Positions 43,325 to 55,899 of a stretch of 64,000 nt of DNA are shown here, in pieces; the first letter of the stretch is position 1, and every line of letters begins with the position of its first letter. The translations under genes were made by a program, and so were the position numbers. This DNA comes from Eledone cirrhosa (Eukaryota), in assembly GCA_964016885.1 (NCBI GenBank), contig OZ024744.1:85746001-85810000 (forward strand). Direction: 5' to 3'. Below the pieces are notes generated by a model. The model made no database searches. It was not told the DNA's origin and worked only from the letters and a program-made list of their open reading frames with translations.

Positions 43325-43433
43325 ATACGCATGTATGTACGCACGTATGTGTGTATGTATGTTTGTATGCATGTATCCATCTATGCATGTGTTATATTGA
43401 TGTTTGGCAGTTAGAGCAAGATAGCATGTGTGG

Positions 43434-43484
<51 letters not shown>

Positions 43485-43506
43485 TGAGAGAGAATGAGAC
43501 AAAGCA

Positions 43507-43550
<44 letters not shown>

Positions 43551-43659
43551 TGTGTGTGAGAGAGAGAGTGTGTGTGTGAGAGACAAAGAGAGACAGGACA
43601 AGAGAGAGATAGAGAGAGACAGAGCAAGAGAGAGAGTGTGTGTGACAGAGATATATATA

Positions 43660-43706
<47 letters not shown>

Positions 43707-43787
43707 TCTACCGAATGTGTTATTTCTGTTTACCTCTTACATACACACACACACACATATATATGTTTATATATTTATATATATATG

Positions 43788-43820
<33 letters not shown>

Positions 43821-43939
43821 ATATACGTGTGTGCGTGTGTATGTGCTAGTGGGTGCATTTGGGTATGTAGGATTGTGTGTGTACGTGTGAATATGTAGGC
43901 TGAGTGGTTGTATAATGTGTGATTTTGCTCATATATAAA

Positions 43940-44160
43940 ATCGTTTCGACTTGAGACACAAGGCCAGCAATTTGAATGGGAGGGAAAGTCGATTAAATCG
44001 ACCTCAGCGCATTACTGGTACTTTATTTTATCGACCCCGTAAAGATGAAAGGCAAAGCTCAAAGCTAATCTCGACGGGATTTGAACTCAGATCGTAAACA
44101 AAGGACCGTAACTCTTTGCCGAGAACCAGGTTGTCCGACACTCTACCGATTCTGCCAAAC
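43940..44160 (-). mobile_element. tRNA-derived Nin/Deu-type SINE
   Basis: Homologous to 59594-59782; further minus-strand copies at about 46100-46265, 46285-46500, 47105-47230 and 48043-48232. Confidence 0.75.
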
Positions 44161-44523
44161 CAGTACCTTATCCTAATATATAAAATGAAACAACATATAC
44201 TCTATATATATATATATATATGTAACAACGAGAATTTGATGTGAGAAACAAGATGGTTGATTGAATATGTATGTATATATATATTTATCCATCTATGTAT
44301 TTATGTATGAACTGAATAGGGTCAAACTTCGAAGTCACTGTCACCTTTTTACTTAGGAAAACAATTAAAAAATTCTACTCTCAACTTTTGAGTATTCGTT
44401 CTGTTTATCCAGTTAATATTTGAATATTTTAAATATGGCAATTTAACAAATCAACTTTTTAAATGGAAGTTGAAGTTGTAAGGTATGTCAAATCTATCTA
44501 TTTATAAGACTGTTTATATTGTA

Positions 44524-44585
44524 TTTTGTCTGAAGAAGGCATACCATATTTTTAATATGATATCCCTGAAATATATATAATGAAA
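44524..44585 (+). ncRNA. Hammerhead ribozyme motif (AUA site)
   Basis: ttttgt-CTGAAGA-AGG..catatt-ttt-aatatg..CCT-GAAAT-ATAT-ATA/-atgaaa. Confidence 0.7.
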
Positions 44586-44716
44586 TAAATATGGTTTTAT
44601 AAATATAGTTTCCATTTATTTAATATCGTAAATATACTCCAAATACTTGTTGAGTGCTTTTATATCAGTTATAAATATTTACTCGTTGTAACCCAACAAT
44701 TTAAATAAAACTTTGC

Positions 44717-44748
<32 letters not shown>

Positions 44749-44832
44749 TATGATCGTTGGCAAATCACTGATGAGGGACGCATTTTATAACATGTTATCC
44801 ATGTGCAACCTGCAGTATTCTTCTACCCATTT

Positions 44833-44888
<56 letters not shown>

Positions 44889-44914
44889 TTATATATATAT
44901 ACATACTCTTTTAC

Positions 44915-44956
<42 letters not shown>

Positions 44957-45017
44957 ACGTATATTATATTAATTCAAAATATTAATAAATATAGACATTC
45001 AACGTAATCAAAATATA

Positions 45018-45079
45018 TTTTATTATATATATTTCGGAGGTATTGTGGTGTGTTTTCAGTACGTCCTCATCAGATAAAA
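45018..45079 (-). ncRNA. Hammerhead ribozyme motif (AUA site)
   Basis: ttttat-CTGATGA-GGAcgta..tacc-TCC-GAAAT-ATAT-ATA/-ataaaa. Confidence 0.75.
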
Positions 45080-45330
45080 TATATAAATTGATGTATGACA
45101 TACCTCAACTGTGCTGATGGTTCAATTCCAGTTTTGGCAGTATATTTATTAATATTTTTAATTAATATTAATAACTCCAGAAAATATAAATCAGTTGAGT
45201 GCTTCTAATCTATTGTAAAACTATATTCATTGATTAATCAATGAACCTTGTTTAACCTTTGGTTATATATATATTATATATATATATTTAATATCTATGA
45301 ATATTACATACATACACACACACTCACACA

Positions 45331-45404
<74 letters not shown>

Positions 45405-47589
45405 CACATATATATACATGTATATATATATTTATGAATATATGTAAATGTTTGTTTGTTATGTATGTATGCATGTACGCACGTTGTATATATGTATGCA
45501 CGCATGTATGTATGTATGTATGTATGTATGTATGTATGAACGCATGTACCCGCCTATGTATGTATCTACGTATGTATATATGTATGTAAAGAGAAAGACA
45601 CGCAAGGAGATAAAGTCAGAGATAGATAGACTTAACATGTGAGAATAATGGTATAGTAGGGGGGATACTTCGGGTACCAGAAGATACAGATGGGTAGGCG
45701 ACAGAGGAAAGGGTAGTAGTGTTTGTTGTGTATTTTGAAATAAAACTAAATATATCGACAGTCGACTGACTTCCGTCAAATCGGACCGAAGAAACAATGT
45801 TTCCGTTAGTCTTTCCAATTGCTAAATACTATCTATCGGTCGCAACTCCATGTAGAAGGAGCAACGTGAAATAAAGTGTCTTGCTCAAGGACATAACACA
45901 TCGCCCGATCCAGGAATCGAACTCATGACCTCACGGTTGCGAATCCAATTCTCTAACCACTCAGTCACGTGACTGAATATATAAGAGAGATTAATACAGA
46001 GTAGAAAGAGACAGTTACAAAGAGAGGCAAAGAGACTGAAAATATCACTGAGTTTGAATGGATTATAATGATTTTTACTGGGGGGGGGGGGGGGGAGTCA
46101 ATTATTTAATCGACCCCAGTGCATTACTGGTACTTTATTTTATCGACCTCGTAAGGATGAAAGGCAAAGTTAACCTCGGCGGGATTTGAGCTCACATCGT
46201 AAAGTGCCGTAACTCAATGCTGCAAAGAATAGTGTCTGATGCTCTACCGATTCTGCCAATTCACTATGCTTTCAATGCATAATAATAGTTTCTTATATAG
46301 CCAAAAGACCAGCAATTTTAGGGGACGAGAAAGTCGATTTAATCGACCCCAATGCTTGACTGGTACCTTATTTTATCGACTCCGTAAGGATGAAAGGCAA
46401 AGTTAACCTCGGCGGGATTTGAAGTCAGATTGTAAAGGACCGTAACTCTATGCTGCAAAGCATGGTTTCTGGACGCTCTACCGATGCTGCCAATTCATCA
46501 TAATTTGAATGCATGACAATAAAAATAAATTTAAAACTTTTGGAGAAGATGGTTGAAAGATGCCGAGAGAAGGTTAGAGAGTATAAAAAAATATTTAGAA
46601 AAATAAAAAAAACAAAACAACAAAAGCAATCGGAATGTCTTCTAAGAAAATGTTTTTGAGTGGTAAAAAGCGGAAGATTATAAATATAAACAAAAGAGTC
46701 GAGAACGGGAACGGGCACAGCCTAATAACTAAAATATAAGCTGGGTGCAAAGAGGTAGTGTGTGTGTCTTTTGGTGTATAAGATAACGTGTAAGTGTATG
46801 TATGCAGTTTAGCTTTTAGCCTGCTCTTATCGAATATATAATCGTATGATTTAAAGTTGTTTGTATTCCAGTTGTTGTGAATATGCCGTCTCCTTTTTAT
46901 GTAGAGAAGGTGTACCATTGAATATAGTATTCATCGCAAATGAAATAATATAAAATAAATTTGACTGTTATTTCCACTAGGTCAAGTGGTTGTCCTGAGT
47001 GACTGAACCTGAACCCAGGTAATTGAAATGCGACCTAATGATCCGCGCGCGCACACACACACATATAACGCACTTCATTCGAATATATATATATATATAT
47101 ATAACTGTTTCTACTTTGGGCACAAGGCCACCCAGTGTATTACTGGTACTTTATTCTATCAACCCTGTAAGGATGATAGACTAAGTTAACCTCGGTGCGA
47201 TTTGAACTCAGTCCGTAAAGGGACGTAATTGTGCTCACACTTCATTTGACGTTGCTCCAATATACTCAGCTGAAAATGAGTACCAGATGTAGCTGTGGGT
47301 TTAACCTTGTCATATCATAGTGGAAGTTACGGAAATATATAAGTGTAACCGTAAGAGTTTGGAGAAACAGATTCAATCAACCTTAGAAGAGATAACTAAA
47401 TAGAACCACTCAAACGAAACTACACAAAGATTTAAATTTGAACAGATTATGAAAAAAATGTTCTAGTTTATTTTAAGGTAGCTTTTTTCTTCTGTTGGTG
47501 TGGTGGGAATCATGGCCTCTAAGAAAATAATATGGAAAGAAAATAGAGAAAAAGATACAAAATTAATGAAAAGAAGGAAAAGAATGAAA

Positions 47590-47885
47590 AAAGAGCAAAT
47601 ATAGAAAGAGTGAAAAAGGATGAAAAAGAATAAAAAATAACCGAAAGGAAGGAAAAATAACGAGAAGAAAGAAAAGAATGAAAAAACCCACAAATATGGA
47701 AAGAATGAAAAAGAATGGAAAGTAACCGAAAGGAAGAAAAAATAACGAGAAGAAGGAAAAGAATGAAAACAAAACACAAATATGGAAAGAATGAAAAAGA
47801 ATGGAAAGTAACCGAAAGGAAGAAAAAATAACGAGAAGAAGGAAAAGAATGAAAACAAAACACACAAATATGGAAAGAATGAACA
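47590..47885. repeat. Purine-rich minisatellite, ~86-bp unit, about 3 copies
   Basis: ACAAATATGGAAAGAATGAAAAAGAATGGAAAGTAACCGAAAGGAAG repeated. Confidence 0.8.
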
Positions 47886-48617
47886 ATAATGGAAAATAAT
47901 GAAAAAGAATGAAAAATATTGAAAAGAAAGATAAAAGTGAAAAAAAAAACAAATATGAAAAAATGAAAAAGAAAGAAAAAGAATGAAATAGAAATAAATA
48001 TGGAAAGAATTAAATAGAAATAAATATGGAAAGAATGAAAAATAATTGTTTCTACTTTAGGCACAAGGCCAGCAATTATCCAGTGCATTACTGGTACTTT
48101 ATTTTATCGACCCCCGTAAGGATGAAAGGCAAAGTCAACCTCGGTGGGATTTGAACTCAGATCGTAAAGGGACGTAACTATGCTGGAAATAATGGCGTCC
48201 GACCCACTACTGATACTGCCAATTCACCACCCTAAGAAAGAATGAAAAATAATGAAAAATAATGAACGAATAAAAAAGAATAAAAAAGAATGAAAGAGAA
48301 TGGAAAAGGATGAAAAATAATGAAAAAAAATGAAAAAAATGAAAAAGAATGAAATAGAAAAGAAATATTCAAAGAATGACATACGCATGTATGTATGTAT
48401 TTGTATATTTATGTATAGGTACATGTACGTATGTGTAAGTGTGTGAGTATAAGTATGTGGGTGGGTATGTGCTTATATATGTATGTGCTTATATATATAC
48501 ATATACATTTATTATTTTCCCCTTTACATTACGTCCGTTATTTTATTTCAGCCTCGCTTTCAGTTGTTCTAGACTTTGTTTTGAAATCCATATCTCACAT
48601 CTATTTTAAATAAATTG

Positions 48618-48686
48618 TCATTCTGATGACCGAAGTTAGACGTCTGTATCAGGTTCGTCTGACTTCGTGAAACCTTTGGTAAATGA
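48618..48686 (+). ncRNA. Canonical type I hammerhead ribozyme motif
   Basis: TCATT-CTGATGA-c-CGAAGTTAGACG-(13 nt)-CGTCTGACTTCG-t-GAAACC-ttt-GGTA/-AATGA; host element 48530-48720 has a decayed copy at 23398-23550 (minus). Confidence 0.85.
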
Positions 48687-48754
48687 AATTATTATCTTAT
48701 GTTGTTTATTACATAACTATATATATATAGAGAGAATATATATATATTATATAT

Positions 48755-49030
48755 AATGTATAATAAACAATACAATATAATTAACTCATTACCAGAGGTT
48801 TCCCGAATAAGACGAATACAAGAAACGTCCGCATTCGTTCGTCTGACAAGGCAATTTAAAACATAGTGAAATACCTGAATATCTCCTCAAGAAATTGAGG
48901 ATATTTTCAAATATTTCACTATGTTTTAAATTGCCTTGTCAGACGAACAAATGCGGACGTTTCTTGTATTCGTCTTATTCGAGAAACCTCTGGTAATGAG
49001 GTAATTATATTGTATTGTTTATTATACATT
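48755..49030. repeat. Fold-back inverted repeat (~119-bp arms) with CAGACGA-core hammerhead motifs at 48781-48854 (-) and 48931-49004 (+)
   Basis: ttgccttgt-CAGACGA-a-cgaatg.ggacg..cgtct.tattcg-g-GAAACC-tct-GGTA/-atgaggtaa. Confidence 0.85.
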
Positions 49031-49117
49031 AAATTTAGCTCTGTAACTTACATAGAGCACTCTTCACTCCTATGACTTTTTCAATTTTCAATGGAAACCT
49101 CAATACTTATATATATA

Positions 49118-49160
<43 letters not shown>

Positions 49161-49397
49161 CACACTTATACAAACACACACACACACGCACATATATATA
49201 TATATATTAATGAAAATACAAGAAATAGAAACGGAGCAGATGCATAAAAATGTAAATATTGTTTCACGAAGAATTGAATATAAAGATATAATCAAATATT
49301 ATACTCTATATCTTCAAAGGGAAGTTATATGCACTCATATCTGTTTTTGTGAGGGTTTCTCAATCTAAAACAAAAATATATGTACATACATACATAC

Positions 49398-49897
49398 ATG
49401 GTGGCTGGCAATTCGTTTTCGAGTACGGCCACTACTTTATATCCATGTAGGAGAACCCTAACCGATGCGCTGAACGAGTGTGACTTTTTAGTCCAGCCAG
49501 CGACTTGAAAACTCTGGTACAAACACTACACTTGTGACAATTATTGACACATAGTGCTGGGTCCTTGGTACCATGTGACGACAAGTGCAGATAGATCTCC
49601 AGATATAAAGCAATGCCTGTGCCGTGAAGCTTTTATAGTGAGCAAAGGCACTGCACAAAGCCAGTCCCACTCTCTTAACCAAGATATTATTTACCAAAAA
49701 GAAGAACAAGTCAATATCATTGGATATATACGTATGTATATGTGTGTGTATGTGTGCGTTTATGTGTGTGTGTATGTATATGTGTGTGTGTATATATGTG
49801 TGTATGTCAGGTCACCAGTTGGTGCTACTGGTAACATGTATTCCAGTACAACCTGTCCCATGGTCGAGTCGTTGGCGACTAAACTAGAAACCCCACA
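49398..49897 (-). mobile_element. RTE-derived non-autonomous element, 3' part on minus plus inverted 5' tip
   Basis: 49398-49728 matches the 3' part; 49805-49897 is the 5' end on plus; a diverged relative spans 50020-50650 (minus). Confidence 0.7.
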
Positions 49898-50704
49898 TAG
49901 ATACATACATACATACATAAATACATACATACATATATATATATACGCACGTACATACATACATACTATATACATATATACATACATATATACATACATA
50001 TATACATAGATACATATATACATGATGGCTGCCCCCTCGTTATTGAGTATGGTCATTGTATGATATACAATTATTAATAAATATGAATTAATTCTGTCGT
50101 GCAATGCCTGAGCGTGAAGATATTTTTTAAAGTGAGGAAAGACTGTGCACTGAGCCAATCCCACTCTCTGAGCGACATTAGCTATAACCCGAAAAGAAGA
50201 AAAGATCAACATCATCCGTAACTACTGAGCCGCAGGTTTTATATCGGAGTTATCCCAGTCTCCTGAGTTGCCTTCTCCTAGAAGAATGCCCTGACAAAGA
50301 CTAGGGGTCCTTCACTCCCAGTGGTTTAACCGCACGATCGGGTGTCCAACACGACTATTTCTATGTCCCCGCGCATATACATACACATGCACCCGTGTAT
50401 ATACACATATACATATAGATACATATGTACATGTGTATATACATATTTACACATTTTTGGATGGCCGTTGACTCTTATGAGTTCTTCCGCCCTTTGTCAG
50501 GTTTTGTTTTTTGACCTGCAGGGTGTCCAAAATCACCCTTCTCACCAAGTAAACTTGATGGGGTTGCCAGTTTAGTCGCCGATGACCTGACCGTACGACA
50601 GGTTGTACTGGGTTACATGTTACTCGTAGCACTCAATAGTGACCCGACATAATACATATATACATACATACCTACATACATATATACTTACATATATACA
50701 TGTT

Positions 50705-53145
50705 TCTTACCGACCTTTACCATAGGTTCTTAAGGGAGATACACTTATACCAGAATGGTTGACATTAGCACAAACGTTACTGGCCCCCAAGAACAAAGAC
50801 ACCCACTTGTCAAAAAACTACCGACCTATTGCTTGCCAGAACCTGATGTATAAGATGTATACAGCCTGCCTGAACCTATTCCTCCAAGATCACTGTGAAA
50901 ATAATAACATCATCACAGATGAACAAGTAGCTGGAAAGAAAGGGGTTTGGGGATGTGCTGAACAACTCCTAATCAACAAAACTGCGATGTCGGCGGTGCG
51001 ACCACTTAGGAGGAATATGGGTACAGTCTGGCTGGACTACAGGAAAGCTTTCGATTCTGTTCCCCACCCTTGGATGACAGAGGCCCTCCAACTTGCTAAA
51101 GTCCCAGACATTATCAGAGCCATAGATAAGCTGTCTTCTTCTTGGGCTACTATCCTAAGGTTAAAGACAGAGAGGGAGGACTCTATTCACTGATAAAATA
51201 AAATATTGCAGGGGTATATTTCAGGGGGACAGTTTCTCTGTTATATTATTCATCTTGTCATTAAACTCCTTGTCCTTTCTGCTCAAGAAATGTGAGGGAT
51301 ACATCATTTGCTCACAGGAGGACAGAAATACGAACCTAACCCATAATTTCTTTGTGGACGATCTGAAACTCTATGCCAAGAACATGGATGGGATGAAGAA
51401 AAATCTTGACCTGGTTACAACGTTCTCAAAGGATATAGAAATGGAGTTTGGCCAAGATAAATGCTCATACCTGACTGTAAAGCAGGGAAAAACAACAACC
51501 CAATCTAGCAACATTGTCATCAATGGCCTAAGTGTTTCACAGATATCTGATGAGGACTGCTACAGATACCTGAGGATAGATAAGAACATATCCTATAATG
51601 GTATATGTAATAAAGAACGCGTAACCAGGGAATACTACACCCGATTAAGAAAGATCTGGTCAGCGGAACTCTCTGCGCAAAACAAAACAGTGGCTCACAA
51701 TGTATTTGATGTGCCTGTCCTAACACCAACATTTGGAATACTCAATTGGACGATAGATGAAATCCGAGCAGTTGATGTTGGAACTCGAAAAATACTAAAC
51801 AACACTGGAAACTTCCACATCAACAGTGACATAGACCGCCTTTACTTAAAACGTAAGCAGGGAGGCAGGGGCCTAACATCAGTCCAGACAGCATTTGAAT
51901 GTCGCATCATATCTCTCCGACAACATCTACGAACCTCGAAGCGTAGGAGCCCGTTTCTTGAGCAAGTCTATCTACATGAAACAGATAAGTTCATGAGAGT
52001 TGGAAAGGAACTCCTCGAGAGATATTCCCTGTGTGATAATCAAGAACTCACACCCAGTGAAGTCGCTCAGCAGTATCGCAGTGAATCCATGGAGGAAAAA
52101 CTGCATGCTTATCAGCAAAAATTCATGCATGGATATGTTGCCAGGAAGCTCAAGAGTGAGAGTAATGTAGATAAGGAAAGTAGTCTATCTTGGACCAACA
52201 ACCGCTATATTGGCTCCCGCTTTGAAGGATACGCTTTTGCAATCCAAGAACAGGAGATTAACACGAAATACCTGATTCATAAAAGAGATAGGGATGCAGG
52301 CAAAACACCTGGATGTGATAAAAAGTGCAAACTTTGCAGAACTAAGATCGAGGATATCACCCATGTCATCAGCAGCTGTCCAAAGATGTCATCGCGGTAC
52401 TATCTACCTATTTGGCATGATGTAGTGGCCAAAACACTGTTCAATGCAGTTCGTAAAAAGGATAGCCGATAATAAACACATTAAAAGCTACAGCAATGTG
52501 GAAGACATCCATGTACATAATATGAAAGAGTTCTGGTGGAATGTTCCAGTAAAAACCCCAATAAAATGCACGCATAACAGACCTGATAATATGATATGGG
52601 TTAGGGAGAAGAAAGCATGCATAGGAGTGGAAGTTAGCTGTCCAGCAGATGCCAATATAATATCAAAGATTAGCGAAAAGGAAGATATTTATGCAGAACT
52701 GATGAGAAATCTTCAGATACTCCACCCTGATTACACCTTCAGATTTATACCTGTGATTATTGGGGCACTGGGGTATGTTAGTAACTGCCTCAATACAAAT
52801 CTTGAGAAGCTAGGCTTCACAGGAACAGAAAGAACACAACTAGTTAGGAAATTAGAAGTACAATCCATTAATGGAACAGTAAGAATATGTAAAACATTCC
52901 AAACATTTTGCATCTAATAACTGCATATACGCATGTACAGATGCAAAGCATATACACATGCACACATACAACTCAAAACATCCACATCCACACATACAAT
53001 AACATCCATATCTACACACGCATACATACATATCTACCTAGTTGATGTTGTGTAAATTCCAATGACAGAGTCTTGTGTCTATGTTAGAAACCGACTCTTT
53101 CTCTCTATTGGTAAAAATTTGTGAAATTATAAAACCAGAAGAACA
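50705..53145 (+). mobile_element. 5'-truncated, degenerate R4-like LINE (second family) flanked by (CATA)n
   Basis: NYRPIAC, DYRKAFDSVPH, FFVDDLK, CKLC..HVISSC, HNRPD..VEVSCP; stop and frameshifts between ORFs 50759-51193, 51255-52472, 52444-52917. Confidence 0.88.
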
Positions 53146-53414
53146 TACATACATACATGATGGCTGCCTCCTCGTTATCGAGTATGGTCATGGCACGAAA
53201 AAAACACATAGTAACAACAATATCGATAATAATAATAATAATAACAATAATAACAAAAAAGAATTATACACACACACACACACATCTATATATGCATATA
53301 CACATACACACATAGAGACACACACACATACATACAAATACATACATGCATACACATATACATACATATATACATACATATTTATGTATGTATATATGTA
53401 TGTATATATGCATA

Positions 53415-54015
53415 CATGGTGGCTGCCAACTCGTTTTCGAGTACGGCCACTACTTTATATCCATGTAGGAGAACTCCTACCGATGCGCTGAACGAGTGTG
53501 ACATTTCAGTTCAGCCAGCGACTTGAAAACTCAGTTACAAACACTAGACTTGTGACAATTAGTGCTGGGCCCATGGTACCATGTGACGACAAATGCAGAG
53601 AGATCTCCAGATATAAAGCAATGCCTGTGCCGTGAAGCTTTTATAGTGAGTAAAGGCACTGCACAAAGCCAGTCCCACTCTCTTAACCAAGATGACATTT
53701 ACCAAAAAGAAGAACAAGTCAACATCATTGGATACCATCAGGGTTGCAGGTGTTATATCAGAGTTTTCCTTCTCCTAGAACTCTGTCTTGACAAAGGCTA
53801 AGTGGTCATCTCTCCCGGTGACTTTGGATGGCCATTGACTCTTAAGAGTTCCCTTGCCCCTTGATAGGTTTTGCTTTTAGTCCTGCAGGATGTCCAAAGT
53901 CACCCTCCTCACCAAGAAACGTTGGTGGGGTTGCCTGTTTAGTCGCCAACGACCTGACCATGAGACAGGTTGTACTGGGATGCATGTTACCAGTAGCACC
54001 AACTGGTGACCTGAC
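53415..54015 (-). mobile_element. RTE-derived non-autonomous element, colinear ~600-bp copy
   Basis: 5' GTCAGGTCACCAG...; 3' CTCG-aaaa-CGAG hairpin then (ATGT)n; bounded by CATA repeats. Confidence 0.7.
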
Positions 54016-54134
54016 ATACATACATACATACATACATACATACATACATACATACACACATACATGATGGTTGCTTCCTCGTTATCGAGTCTGGCCATTG
54101 CACGGGGAGAAAAAAAAAAAAAAAAAAAAAAAAG

Positions 54135-54183
<49 letters not shown>

Positions 54184-54969
54184 TCTACATATATACACAC
54201 ACATATATAAACACACACACATTAATAACAATAATAATAATAATAACAACAATAATAATAACGACAACAACAATAATAATATACATATACATATATATAT
54301 ACACATACACGCACACACATAAACATATCTATACACACACACGATAGCAACTAACAGCGCTGCCATCGAATAAACAACAATAAAACTAAAACAAACATTC
54401 AATCAGCTCATGATAGCATTAAAATTGAGCTGACGAATAAACAACCCCTAGACTCACTAATCAATCAAGGGTACGTTGATCTCAATGGAAATTAGAAAGG
54501 GAGTATAATTGAAGAGTTAGTTTACGAGAATTACAATAAAAAAGTGATAATAGCTATTCGATAAAACAAGTCAGTAATACACGGACACTGGACGAGTACG
54601 GAGAGAATGGTTTCATTGCTCTGTGAACATCTCGTACAGGTCCACCAAACAGCACTTCCGTGTCTGTTTTTTTGTCTCGTACCGGCATGATCTACCGGAA
54701 TAGAATGGTTAGCTCATTCTCATTAAATTTACACAAACCCCGCATTGACCGACTGGTTGAGCGCTGTGAGCGCATGAAAACATTCTGGATACCAGGCGTC
54801 CAGTCTCGGTGGCCAGTAGATTTAAGACTGCAGCTCAGTCATAAAATTAGACAAAACAATAAAAAGTACCTAGCAAAAAACAAGAACGCTTTCTCCATTC
54901 TGTTCGCCGGGGCTGTGGGGCGGCCGGCAGGTGGGACCCCATTTGCTCACGATACAGGGAGATGTGGGC

Positions 54970-55565
54970 GATGACCATGGGAGTTCGGCTCTTCCGTGTC
55001 CTGATCTGGTGTACGTGAGATAAGGGAGGGGGGGTGAGAGAGATGGAGGCGATGACAGTGGGAGTTTGGTTCCCCTGTGTTCAGATCTGGTGTACGTGAG
55101 AGATGGGGAGGGAGGGAGAGAGAGATGGAGGCGATGACGGTGGGAGCTCGGCTCTTCCGTGTCCAGATCTGGTGTACGTGAGATATGTGGGGGGAGGGGG
55201 CGGGGCGAGAGACATGGAGACGATGACAGTGGGAGTTTGGTTCCTCTGTGTTCAGATCTGGTGTACGTGAGATATGGGGGGGGGGCGAGAGAGATGGAGA
55301 CGATGACAGTGGGAGTTTGGTTTCTCTGTGTTCAGATCTGGTGTACGTGAGAGATGGGGAGGAAGAGAGAGATGGAGGCGGTGACGGTGGGAGTTCGGCT
55401 CTTCCGTGTCCAGATCTGGTGTACGTGAGAGATGGGGAGGGCGAGAGAGATGGAGGCGGTGACGGTGGGAGTTCGGCTCTTCCGTGTCCAGATCTGGTGT
55501 ACGTGAGAGATGGGGAGGGCGAGAGAGCTGGAGGCGATGACGGTGGGAGTCGGGCTCTTCCGTCT
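54970..55565. repeat. G-rich minisatellite, ~78-89-bp unit, about 8 copies
   Basis: GATGACGGTGGGAGTTCGGCTCTTCCGTGTCCAGATCTGGTGTACGTGAGA repeated. Confidence 0.92.
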
Positions 55566-55654
55566 TCGGACTCATTGCACATGTCATGTGGATCATGTGA
55601 TAATTTCATTTTCCCTGAGATTTTACTTTCTGTACTATATCTATTATATGACCA

Positions 55655-55843
55655 TCGGTGAATTGGCAGTATCGGTAGAAGGTCGGCCGCCATGCTTTAT
55701 AGCAAAGAGTTACGGCCCTTTATGGTCTGAGTTCAAATCTCGCCGAGGTTAACTTTGCCTTTCATCTTTACGGGGTCGATAAAATAAAGTATCAGAAATA
55801 TACTGCGATAATTGCTGGCCTTGTGCCAAAAGTAGAAACAATT
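55655..55843 (+). mobile_element. tRNA-derived Nin/Deu-type SINE
   Basis: TGGCAGTATCGG box A, GAGTTCAAATC box B. Confidence 0.8.
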
Positions 55844-55899
55844 ATATGAGCATCTGATGATTGAAAGTTGCCAAAGAAGGTACATACAGAAGAAACTAA

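Larger units (their letters stand above)
40510..43385. repeat. (TATG)n/(CATA)n field with polarity switches and embedded retroelement fragments
   Basis: Tetranucleotide runs with recurrent GCAGGTTTGTATGAA variant unit. Confidence 0.9.

Noticed and set aside
54970-55565. Regular repeat resembling a CRISPR array
   Set aside because: Intervening sequences are homologous rather than unique spacers; eukaryotic context, no cas genes
55850-55870. CTGATGA-tt-GAAA, and isolated CTGATGA near 24985 and 44768
   Set aside because: No room for stem II or no matching GAAA/stem III/stem I; not called as hammerheads
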